DNA of 12,844 nucleotides from Oligoflexia bacterium. GTDB lineage: Bacteria; Bdellovibrionota; UBA1018. The DNA lies in assembly GCA_043732485.1 (NCBI GenBank), contig JAYTHP010000126.1, positions 1 through 12,844 of the forward strand. The letters are read 5' to 3'. Positions 5,745 to 12,844 of the stretch are shown here, in pieces. A program made the position numbers and the translations under genes. Within the stretch, counting starts at the first letter, position 1. Each line of letters starts with the position of its first letter. Below the pieces are notes generated by a model, which did not search any database, was not told the origin of the DNA, and saw nothing but the letters and a program-made list of their open reading frames with translations.

Positions 5745-7253
5745 ATGCGGGGATTATTTCGTCCTTGGGATTTATCAGCGAAAATCAGCTTTATCCTGGT
5801 GGCAGTGATTGTGCCCACCTTCGTGGTGATGACGGTGGCCCAAAATCAGCTCACCCAGCCGATCCTGGAGGAGGATTTACGCCAGATGGCCTTGCATTTG
5901 GGCAATGGGGTGGTGGCTGAGATTGAAGGCGGCCAGCTGCTCAAAGCACCGCTTGCCAAGCAAGCGCAAATTGAGACTCTTTTGCAAGAAAAAGCCTATG
6001 CTCAGCCTGAAGTCTTACGCATGGATGTGCTGATTCGCGATCCCGGTGCGAGTGCGAGTGCGGGTGGTGTTCGCCTGCTGGCTTCCAGTAATGATGACGA
6101 TGTAGGGGGGAGTGGTGGCGTTGCGGTGGGCAGTGATCCTTTAGTGATGACTGAAAGCGTGGTGAGTGATTATAAGAAAGATGAGTCAGGCGAGGGGCTT
6201 TGGGCGATTTTGCTGCCGATTAACGAGCATAAGGCTGCGGTCGTAGCAGCAACGGCAAAGCTTAAGCTTGCTCCTGCTTCTCGTGGTGGGGCGGCCATCG
6301 GGACGCTGCGCTTACTGGTGTCCACCCGGGTGGTGCGCCAGATTACGAAATCCTTATGGAAAACCACGGCGCTTGCTTCGATTTCCAGTGTTTTGGGTTT
6401 GATTTTCGCTTTGAACTATTTTTTACGTAAAACCTTGGGCAATGAGCGCTTGTTGCGACAGGCAGAATCGCAAAACTTACAGTTGTTTCAGCAACTGCGA
6501 AGCGCCGAGCGGCAGCTCATGACCACGGAGAAGTTAGCGGCGATGGGGCAGCTGACGGCAAGTTTTGCCCATGAAATTGGCACACCACTGACGGCAGTGG
6601 AGGGTCACTTGCAGTTGTTAGAAGAGGAATGGGCGGGGAAGGGTGCGGGCGTGGGATCGCGCTTTCAGATCATTCAAGCGCAGCTGAAGAAAATTGAAGA
6701 CATTGTGAAAAGCTTTTTACAAAGCACGGCTAAGCCTACTTCTAAAAAACAGCTAGTCGATTTGAATCGCTTAGTGGAGCAAACGATTGCTATTTTGCAG
6801 CCCAGGCTGGATGCTTTAGGCATTCAGTTGCAACGCGATTTAGAGCGTGATTTAGCGCCGCTGCGGGTGGCGCCCGTGGAAATCGAGCAAGTGCTGCTCA
6901 ATTTGTTCAACAATGCCATGGATAGTATTGAGGAGCGTTTAGCGACAAAAAGCAAGGGAAAACATTGGCTTGCGATCTCCACTCGCATGGTGCAAACCTC
7001 CTTGCAGCAGCAAGTCGAGGTGCAAGTCGCTGATAACGGTCTCGGGATTCGCAAGTCGGATTTAGGAAAGGTGTTTAAGCCGTTTTTTACCACCAAGAAG
7101 CCTGGGGAGGGAACGGGTCTGGGGTTAGCCATTTGCCAGCAAGTGATCCAAAACTATGGGGGCGATCTGGCTCTGGAGTCAAAAGAGGGGAGCTGGACGC
7201 GGGTGACGTTTTCTTTACCGTATCAACAAATCTCGCCCACAGGTTCGGCATGA
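5745..7253 (+). CDS. Membrane-bound sensor histidine kinase (HisKA + HATPase_c, NtrB/ZraS-like)
   Basis: Two TM segments flank a periplasmic domain. '[21 protein letters not shown]' H-box, '[14 protein letters not shown]' N-box, 'DNGLGI' G1, 'VFKPFFTTK' F-box and 'GTGLGL' G2 are all present. Confidence 0.96.
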   Translation: MRGLFRPWDLSAKISFILVAVIVPTFVVMTVAQNQLTQPILEEDLRQMALHLGNGVVAEIEGGQLLKAPLAKQAQIETLLQEKAYAQPEVLRMDVLIRDPGASASAGGVRLLASSNDDDVGGSGGVAVGSDPLVMTESVVSDYKKDESGEGLWAILLPINEHKAAVVAATAKLKLAPASRGGAAIGTLRLLVSTRVVRQITKSLWKTTALASISSVLGLIFALNYFLRKTLGNERLLRQAESQNLQLFQQLRSAERQLMTTEKLAAMGQLTASFAHEIGTPLTAVEGHLQLLEEEWAGKGAGVGSRFQIIQAQLKKIEDIVKSFLQSTAKPTSKKQLVDLNRLVEQTIAILQPRLDALGIQLQRDLERDLAPLRVAPVEIEQVLLNLFNNAMDSIEERLATKSKGKHWLAISTRMVQTSLQQQVEVQVADNGLGIRKSDLGKVFKPFFTTKKPGEGTGLGLAICQQVIQNYGGDLALESKEGSWTRVTFSLPYQQISPTGSA

Positions 7254-8740
7254 AGACGGAGGTTGGTTTTTTGCCGCTCACTTCTGCAACGACCACCCCA
7301 CCACCAACGCTGGCCCCGCCCCCGCTGCTCATTGTTGATGACGATGAGGTCACGCGCCATTTACTGCAAGAGGTTTTGCAAAAAAGTGATTTTCAAGTCC
7401 AGCTGGCTCACTCGGGTGAAGCGGCGCTCGGGCTTTTGAGTCAGACGGAATTTGCCGTGGTGTTGTCTGACATTCGCATGCTGGAGCTTGATGGCATGGC
7501 GGTGCTCAAGGCGGTGCAAAAATCACAAAAAGGTACGGTGGTGATCCTGATGACGGCTTTTGGCAGCATGGCAGGCGCGGTGGCTGCGATCCAAGCGGGG
7601 GCGTTTGATTACGTGAGTAAGCCGTTTCGCATGGATGAGCTGCGGGAAGTGGTGTTTCGGGCGTTAAAGCATTGGGAACTGACGCAAAAAGCGCGTCAAG
7701 AGGAAGTGGAGTTAGGGGCGCACGTCGGGGTGACGCTCAAGAGTCGCACGTTGATTGGCAAATCGCCACCGATGGTGGAGGTCTATAAGTTACTGGCGCG
7801 CGCGGCGCTGTCCCCTAGCACGGTGTTGGTCTTAGGGGAAAGCGGCACGGGTAAGGAGCTGGTGGCCAGAGCGATTCATGAGCACTCACCGCGTAGGCAA
7901 CGCAATTTTATTGCGGTGAATTGTGGCGCACTTGCAGAAAATCTCCTAGAATCTGAGCTGTTTGGTCACATGAAAGGCTCATTTACTGGGGCCTTAAATG
8001 ATCGCAGCGGGCTTTTTGAGGAAGCGCATGGCGGGACGCTATTTTTAGATGAAATTGGCGATATTAGCCCGGCGCTGCAAATTAAGTTACTGCGGGTCTT
8101 GCAAGAAGGGGAATTCAAGCCGGTGGGGGCAGGGCAAAGCAAGAAGGTCAATGTCAGACTGGTGGTGGCCACCCATCAAGACTTAGAGGTCTTAGTGCGG
8201 CAAGGTCGCTTTCGGGAAGACCTTTTTTACCGTTTGAAAGTCATTACCATTGCTTTGCCGCCGCTCAGGCAACGCATGGAGGATTTGCATGAGTTGGTGG
8301 AGTATTTCTTAGCTTTTTATGCGCAAAAGAACCAAAAACAAATTTCCCACGTTTCCGAAGAAGCCATGGCCTTACTGCGCGAGTACGCCTGGCCTGGCAA
8401 TATCCGGGAGCTGGAGCATTCACTCGAGCGCGCAGTCGCGCTCTCCAACACCACCGTGCTGTTTGCTAAGGATTTCCCGGCTGAGATTCATCGGGCCACC
8501 CACCCCACTTCGCTCTCCACGACCGGCAGCGCTGAGGGTAAAGCGGGGCTTGAGAGCGCTTGGGAAGGGGAGCCGCCGTCGCTGGAGGACTTAGAAAAAG
8601 CTCATATTTTAAGGGTATTAGCTGCGGTGGATTACAATAAGTCGCGGGCGTCGGAGATTTTAGGGATCGACCGCGCCACCTTGTACCGGAAAGCCGATCG
8701 CTACGGCATTACCTTGCGCAATCAGCTGCATTCAGGCTAA
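7250..8740 (+). CDS. sigma54-dependent response regulator (NtrC/AtoC/ZraR family: REC - AAA+ - Fis HTH)
   Basis: REC: 'LIVDDD', 'VVLSDIRM', 'MTAF', 'KPF'. AAA+: Walker A 'GESGTGKE', 'ESELFGHMKGSFTGA' loop, Walker B 'LFLDEIGD', 'FREDLFYRL', 'WPGNIRELE'. HTH: 'NKSRASEILGIDRATLYRK'. Start placed at ATG 7250, which overlaps the kinase stop (ATGA), rather than 7133; 496 aa. Confidence 0.97.
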   Translation: MKTEVGFLPLTSATTTPPPTLAPPPLLIVDDDEVTRHLLQEVLQKSDFQVQLAHSGEAALGLLSQTEFAVVLSDIRMLELDGMAVLKAVQKSQKGTVVILMTAFGSMAGAVAAIQAGAFDYVSKPFRMDELREVVFRALKHWELTQKARQEEVELGAHVGVTLKSRTLIGKSPPMVEVYKLLARAALSPSTVLVLGESGTGKELVARAIHEHSPRRQRNFIAVNCGALAENLLESELFGHMKGSFTGALNDRSGLFEEAHGGTLFLDEIGDISPALQIKLLRVLQEGEFKPVGAGQSKKVNVRLVVATHQDLEVLVRQGRFREDLFYRLKVITIALPPLRQRMEDLHELVEYFLAFYAQKNQKQISHVSEEAMALLREYAWPGNIRELEHSLERAVALSNTTVLFAKDFPAEIHRATHPTSLSTTGSAEGKAGLESAWEGEPPSLEDLEKAHILRVLAAVDYNKSRASEILGIDRATLYRKADRYGITLRNQLHSG

Positions 8741-8852
8741 AGTATTGGTTTTAAGTGCCGCCCCCGAGACCGCTGCGGGGGGTGGGAGGGGGTGCAACTG
8801 TTGTGTGAGCGGTTTTGTGTGAGGGGAGTCAGGAGCTTGCCAGTGCTCAAGC

Positions 8853-8876
8853 GGGGGTGGGGGAGGGAGCGTAGGG
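8853..8876 (+). other. Canonical G-quadruplex-type motif in an intergenic region
   Basis: GGGGG-T-GGGGG-A-GGG-AGCGTA-GGG fits four G3+ runs with 1-7 nt loops. Confidence 0.4.
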
Positions 8877-8996
8877 ACGAGGTGACGAAGGCTTGATTTT
8901 AGTGAAGGTTAGTGTTAGCAGCGCTCACGTGGCAGAAAAAAGTGTGCCCCTCTTTCCCCCTGTCGAAGTGTACTCAGACAGGTACACGCGCAGACT

Positions 8997-9019
8997 CACA
9001 CACGCCCACACACACACAC
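8997..9019 (+). repeat. Interrupted (CA)n microsatellite
   Basis: cacacacgcccacacacacacac. Confidence 0.8.
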
Positions 9020-9148
9020 CCTACCCCCTGACTCGCAAGTGACTTGCAAATGAACCTAAGATGACCCTCAAAGCCAAGACTGCTTGCTGACGACAACGAC
9101 GAGCTCCAGATGAACTCAACCCCGTCTACTTAAGGACCGAAAGACTGC

Positions 9149-9757
9149 ATGACCCTCACGCAACGCACCCCACCAAATTCTCACACGACGCCCCTGCTGC
9201 CGTCTGCAAAGCGCCCGCTCCAGCAACTCGCCTTACAGCTTGGCAAATCAGCGCTTACCGGCGGGCTTGCAACGGCCGCCAGTATGCTCAGTCTTTTCCT
9301 GCTCGTGCAATGGGCCGCTTGGTCTCCCCGGGAGGCTAACGTGCCGTCGTTGCTCTTAGGCGGCTGGGTGCAATTTCTGGGCAATCGTCATTTTGTTTTT
9401 CTAAGCGGTCATCAGGCGTTGCATCGACAGTTTTGGGCATTTTGTGCGGCTGAGGCGGTTTCCTTCGTCTTGAACGCCTGGTTGTTTGATTGGTCGGTGA
9501 CGCGGACGCACTTGCACTATGAATGGGTGCGTTGTTTGACCACCTTTTTGGTCTTCTCTTGTGTTAGTTATCCGCTGTGGGCAGTGATTTTTAAAGATCA
9601 AAAAGACCCTTCTGCTCTTGCTTCTCCGCCTGCTCCTGCAGCGCCCCGCACCTCCCCTTCACCACCGACCAATCCGTTGAGCGGGCAGCAGCAGCAGCAG
9701 CCCAGCACTACTACCGCCAACCACCTCCATGATCTCGTCGGGTCCTTGCGCAAGTGA
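9149..9757 (+). CDS. GtrA-family 4-TM membrane protein with a low-complexity Pro/Ser/Gln C-terminal tail
   Basis: 'KSALTGGLATAA...LFLLVQ...ANVPSLLLGGWVQFLGNRHFVF...QFWAFCAAEAVSFVLN' fits the GtrA pattern (G-x-x-A-T, AN, F-x-x-N-R-x-F-V-F). Four hydrophobic segments; the stop overlaps the next start (GTGA). Confidence 0.85.
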   Translation: MTLTQRTPPNSHTTPLLPSAKRPLQQLALQLGKSALTGGLATAASMLSLFLLVQWAAWSPREANVPSLLLGGWVQFLGNRHFVFLSGHQALHRQFWAFCAAEAVSFVLNAWLFDWSVTRTHLHYEWVRCLTTFLVFSCVSYPLWAVIFKDQKDPSALASPPAPAAPRTSPSPPTNPLSGQQQQQPSTTTANHLHDLVGSLRK

Positions 9758-12252
9758 AAGCGCTGAGGCGTGCCTTAGTCGCGCATGCCGGCTGGGTGCT
9801 GGTCGGCTCGTTTTTGCTGGCGTTGTGGGGTGCTTTTTTTACGGTGCGTTTGTATCAAAATCTCAAGACCGATATTGAAGAGCTCTTGCCGACCACGGCG
9901 CGCAGCTTCTTGGATCTCCAAGAGGTGACAGGAAGAGTCGAGTCGATTCAAAACCTGGTGATTCTGGTTTTCTCCCAGCACACCGGTGGCAGCTTACGCT
10001 TCATGAATGCCCTGGCAGGTGAGCTTGCCAAGGTCGATCCGGCGGTGATCAGCTCGGTTGAGTACCGGGTCGACCGGGAGCTAGATTTTTTTAAGAAGCG
10101 GCGCTCGTTGTTCATTGAGCTTGAGGATCTGAAAAAGATTCGCAAGTTCGTGCATCAGCGCATCGACTTTGAAAAAGAACTCTACAATCCCCTCAATATT
10201 GTCTCAGAAGCTGAGATTCCTGAGCCGCACTTGGATTTTGCGGCTCTCCAGGCGAAGTACAAGCAAAAAACCCAAGGCTTTGAGGCTTATCCCAAGGGCT
10301 ATTACGCCACCCCGGACGAGCAGATGCGCTTGATGGTGGTCTCGATGCCTGGCAAGGGTCTGGGGATCGCAAAAGCGATGAAGGCTGCCATTATCGCTGC
10401 GGTGGAGCGCGTCAATCCAATCGCTTTTGCCCCCGATTTAGTGGTCAAGTACACGAGTAACGTCGAGGACATGCTTGAAGAAAGCGACGCGTTGGTGGCT
10501 GATTTGGAGCTCTCAACCGTAGTGGTGACGGTGTTAGTGGCCGTGGTGATGTTGATTTTTTTTCGCAGCTTCTGGGCCACCGTCTTGCTGAATATCAGCT
10601 TGTTTTGTGGCACCTTTTGGACGTTTGGCTTGGCACATTATTTTATTGGCTACTTGAATGCCAATTCCGCGTTTTTAGCCAGCATCATTATTGGCAATGG
10701 CATTAACGTTGGGATCATCGTTTTAGCCCGCTATCTAGAGGAGCGTCGTAAGGGTAAAGGCCACGAGCAGGCCTTAGAAGTGACGTTTTGCAACACCTGG
10801 GGTGCCACCGTGACGGCGGCCTCTGCGGCCGCCCTGTCGTACGGTTCACTGGTGCTGACTGGTTTTCGGGGGTTTAGTCAATTTGGAATGATTGGCTTTA
10901 TGGGCATGGTGCTTTGCTGGGTCAGTGCTTATACCGTTTTGCCAGCACTGCTGACGGTCTTTCAGCGGGCGTTTGGTGACCGCTGGCTGAATCTCACGGT
11001 GCGTCAAGGCTGGCTGAGCCACCGGCTTGCAGCCGGCATTTCACGCTATCCCGCTTCGGTGTTAAGCGGCGTCCTGCTACTTTCACTCGCGTCACTCATG
11101 ATGCTGCCGCGCGTGAAAGAAGGCTTGTTGCTCCTGGATCTCAATCAATTGCGCGACAAGCGTTGCATGACGCAAGGCTCAGGCTCACTCTATCATTACT
11201 TGCATGAAGTCTTTAAAATGCCGGTGTCGCCTGTGGTGATTTTACCGCAAACTGAAGCCGATACCCAGCGGATCGCCCAAGCCCTGAAAGCGGAGAGCAA
11301 GCGCCCAGGCTCGATGATTGCAAGCGTCCAGACGCTTGATGATTTTGTACCGAGTCGACAGTTAGAAAAAGTTGTGATTTTAAAAGAAATTCAAAGTGCC
11401 CTTCCCCCAAGGATGCGTGCGGCTTTAAGTGCGGGGCACAAGCACCAAGTTGATGAGCTGCTACAACCCGAGTCGTTGCGCCCTTTTACGAGAGCAGATT
11501 TACCGGCACTTTTGCTTAAGAAGTTCTCGGAAAAAGATCATTCGCTGGGAAAAATTATTTTAGTCGATAAGATCTATGATCAAAAGCACGATTCTTTTGC
11601 CGTGATTGAGCAGTTCGTGGTGACCTTGCGAACCCTGGTCGATAAGATCGTCACCCATGCTCCGATTGCCGGACAATTGCCGATCAATTACGATATTTTT
11701 AAGGCCGTCGAGCGCGATGGTCCCAAGGCCACAAGCTTTGCCTTGGTGGCAGTCAGTGTGCTGGTGGTGATTTTGTTTCGTCACGTGCGGACGATTGGCT
11801 GCGTGCTGTTAGCCCTTTTTTTAGGGGTGTTGTGGCTTGCGGGCTTGATGCTGGCCTTACGTTTAAAGATTAATTTCCTGAACTTTATTGCGCTGCCGAT
11901 TACCTTTGGGATCGGAGTGGATTACGGCGTGAACATTTTTCAGCGGTACCGGGAAGCCGGGCCAGGAAAAATTGTCGAGGTGATTCAAGAATCAGGTGGG
12001 GCGGTCTTGCTCGTCAGCCTTACGACGATGATCGGCTATAGCTCCTTGTTACTTGCCGGTAATCAGGCGTTTGTGAGTTTTGGCGTGCTCTCAGTACTGG
12101 GCGAAGTGACTTGTGTCACGGCTGCAGTGGTGGCCTTACCGGCTTTCTTAAGGTTTCGTGACCTGCAGGCTGAAAAAAAAGCCGAGAAGCTGCTTGCCAG
12201 GGAAGCAGCACAAAAAGCCCCGCCCACTTTGTCTCCTTACAGGCCGATTTAG
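9754..12252 (+). CDS. MMPL/RND-superfamily transporter (HpnN-like putative lipid exporter)
   Basis: 832 aa with duplicated (1 TM + large loop + 5 TM) topology. Motifs 'LKTDIEELLP', TM4 'IIIGNGINVGIIVLARYLEERR', 'AAALSYGSLVLTGFRGFSQFGMIG', TM10 'ALPITFGIGVDYGVNIFQRY' and 'SLTTMIGYSSLL...SFG...LGEVTC...LPAFL'. Confidence 0.92.
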   Translation: MKALRRALVAHAGWVLVGSFLLALWGAFFTVRLYQNLKTDIEELLPTTARSFLDLQEVTGRVESIQNLVILVFSQHTGGSLRFMNALAGELAKVDPAVISSVEYRVDRELDFFKKRRSLFIELEDLKKIRKFVHQRIDFEKELYNPLNIVSEAEIPEPHLDFAALQAKYKQKTQGFEAYPKGYYATPDEQMRLMVVSMPGKGLGIAKAMKAAIIAAVERVNPIAFAPDLVVKYTSNVEDMLEESDALVADLELSTVVVTVLVAVVMLIFFRSFWATVLLNISLFCGTFWTFGLAHYFIGYLNANSAFLASIIIGNGINVGIIVLARYLEERRKGKGHEQALEVTFCNTWGATVTAASAAALSYGSLVLTGFRGFSQFGMIGFMGMVLCWVSAYTVLPALLTVFQRAFGDRWLNLTVRQGWLSHRLAAGISRYPASVLSGVLLLSLASLMMLPRVKEGLLLLDLNQLRDKRCMTQGSGSLYHYLHEVFKMPVSPVVILPQTEADTQRIAQALKAESKRPGSMIASVQTLDDFVPSRQLEKVVILKEIQSALPPRMRAALSAGHKHQVDELLQPESLRPFTRADLPALLLKKFSEKDHSLGKIILVDKIYDQKHDSFAVIEQFVVTLRTLVDKIVTHAPIAGQLPINYDIFKAVERDGPKATSFALVAVSVLVVILFRHVRTIGCVLLALFLGVLWLAGLMLALRLKINFLNFIALPITFGIGVDYGVNIFQRYREAGPGKIVEVIQESGGAVLLVSLTTMIGYSSLLLAGNQAFVSFGVLSVLGEVTCVTAAVVALPAFLRFRDLQAEKKAEKLLAREAAQKAPPTLSPYRPI

Positions 12253-12253
12253 C

Positions 12254-12277
12254 GCACGCACGCACGCAGGCAGGCAC
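12254..12277 (+). repeat. Tetranucleotide repeat (GCAC)3(GCAG)2(GCAC)
   Basis: Directly after the MMPL stop codon. Confidence 0.8.
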
Positions 12278-12440
12278 TCGTTTTTTCCCTTTCCTTCTTC
12301 TCTGGCCTTCCTCCATTTGCTTTTCCCGGCGCGCTGGGCTTTCGGGCGGTCACGGCTAGACCCTGGCAAAGGCTACCCCACCACCCTTTTTTTTTAACGG
12401 GTTACGAGCGCAGCCAAACGCCTTGGCCTCGTGCCGGTGA

Positions 12441-12480
12441 CCCACCTGCGGTATGCAGATCCGTGGAGAGCGCAGGTGGG
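12441..12480. other. Perfect 10-bp inverted repeat with 20-nt spacer
   Basis: CCCACCTGCG (12441-12450) ... CGCAGGTGGG (12471-12480). Confidence 0.7.
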
Positions 12481-12691
12481 AGCCTTCTGCTGGTGCTTCT
12501 CCCTCTCCTTGCGGGGCCTGCTCTCTCGTCAGGTAGGTCTTAGCGTCGCGGCCCTAAGTACGCTACTGCCATCCCAGGTCATTTTTTTGCCGTTTCGACT
12601 AGCAGGGCGTGGTTTAAGTGTGGGCTTTGCAGGGCCTTAATATTTTTTTTTTACACGGTCGTTCCAGGTGTGCAGTGTTTGAGAGCCAGAT

Positions 12692-12814
12692 TCAGAGGGT
12701 GGTGGTGGTGGTGGTGGGGTGCAGCCTGCGTATTGAGTCATATATAAATGGCAGTGAGACGCGGCGCGTCAAAAGGGATTTGAAGAGAAAAAAGGATTGG
12801 ATAAGAAATTTCAT
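12692..12814 (-). CDS. Possible 40-aa small ORF (MKFLIQSFFLFKSLLTRRVSLPFIYDSIRRLHPTTTTTTL)
   Basis: The minus strand reads AGAAGGAGG-CAGC-ATG. The stop is TGA at 12694-12692 and the ORF contains an (ACC)6 run. The ATG overlaps the TGA (12813-12811) of a frame that is open to the window edge (...DHSTDQKEAA*). Confidence 0.3.
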   Translation of the reverse strand: MKFLIQSFFLFKSLLTRRVSLPFIYDSIRRLHPTTTTTTL

Positions 12815-12844
12815 GCTGCCTCCTTCTGATCGGTAGAGTGATCT

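Noticed and set aside
7133..7249. ORF-track N-terminal extension of the response regulator
   Set aside because: It lies inside the kinase HATPase coding region. ATG 7250 gives a standard ATGA coupling.
7976..7993. GSFTGA instead of GAFTGA in the activator loop
   Set aside because: A common natural variant. The critical F and T are retained, so it is not evidence of a sigma54-independent regulator.
8758..8785. GC-rich hairpin after the regulator as an intrinsic terminator
   Set aside because: The stem CCCCCG/CGGGGG exists, but there is no U-tract on either strand.
104..11784. Remaining short antisense or alternative-frame ORFs inside the long genes
   Set aside because: They are mostly nested in well-supported CDSs and have no independent coding signals.
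12815..12827. CCTCCTT as the 3' end of a 16S rRNA
   Set aside because: It lacks the GGATCA context and any upstream rRNA sequence. It is better read as a minus-strand SD.
12116..12836. Short ORF-track ORFs (66-79 aa) after or overlapping the MMPL end
   Set aside because: No RBS or motifs; their composition reflects simple repeats and T-runs.

Overview
Bacterial chromosomal window in which almost all genes lie on the + strand. The gene styles suggest a deltaproteobacterial/Bdellovibrionota-like organism, but that is an inference only. In order it holds: the 3' end of a CUT2/nucleoside-type (Nup/YufOPQ-like) ABC transporter (ATPase tail plus two permeases), a hypothetical lipoprotein with a DUF4214-like motif, an S4-domain RluA-family pseudouridine synthase, a small exported His/Lys/Met-rich low-complexity protein, a membrane sensor histidine kinase coupled (ATGA overlap) to an NtrC-family sigma54 response regulator, and a GtrA-family gene coupled (GTGA overlap) to an MMPL/RND transporter. 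The best candidate for an undescribed system is at 4868-8740. A perfect 40-bp palindrome made of two 17-bp dyad sites, an IHF-like AT tract and a well-formed sigma54 -24/-12 promoter precede the small secreted disordered protein, which has its own terminator. The likely cognate kinase and enhancer-binding regulator are encoded directly downstream. The layout resembles ZraP/ZraSR with an Asr- or SilE-like effector. Two short ORFs with good Shine-Dalgarno sites that are missing from the ORF track (1420-1533 +, 12692-12814 -) and several long, repeat-rich spacers are also noted. No rRNA, tRNA, CRISPR array or mobile element was recognised.
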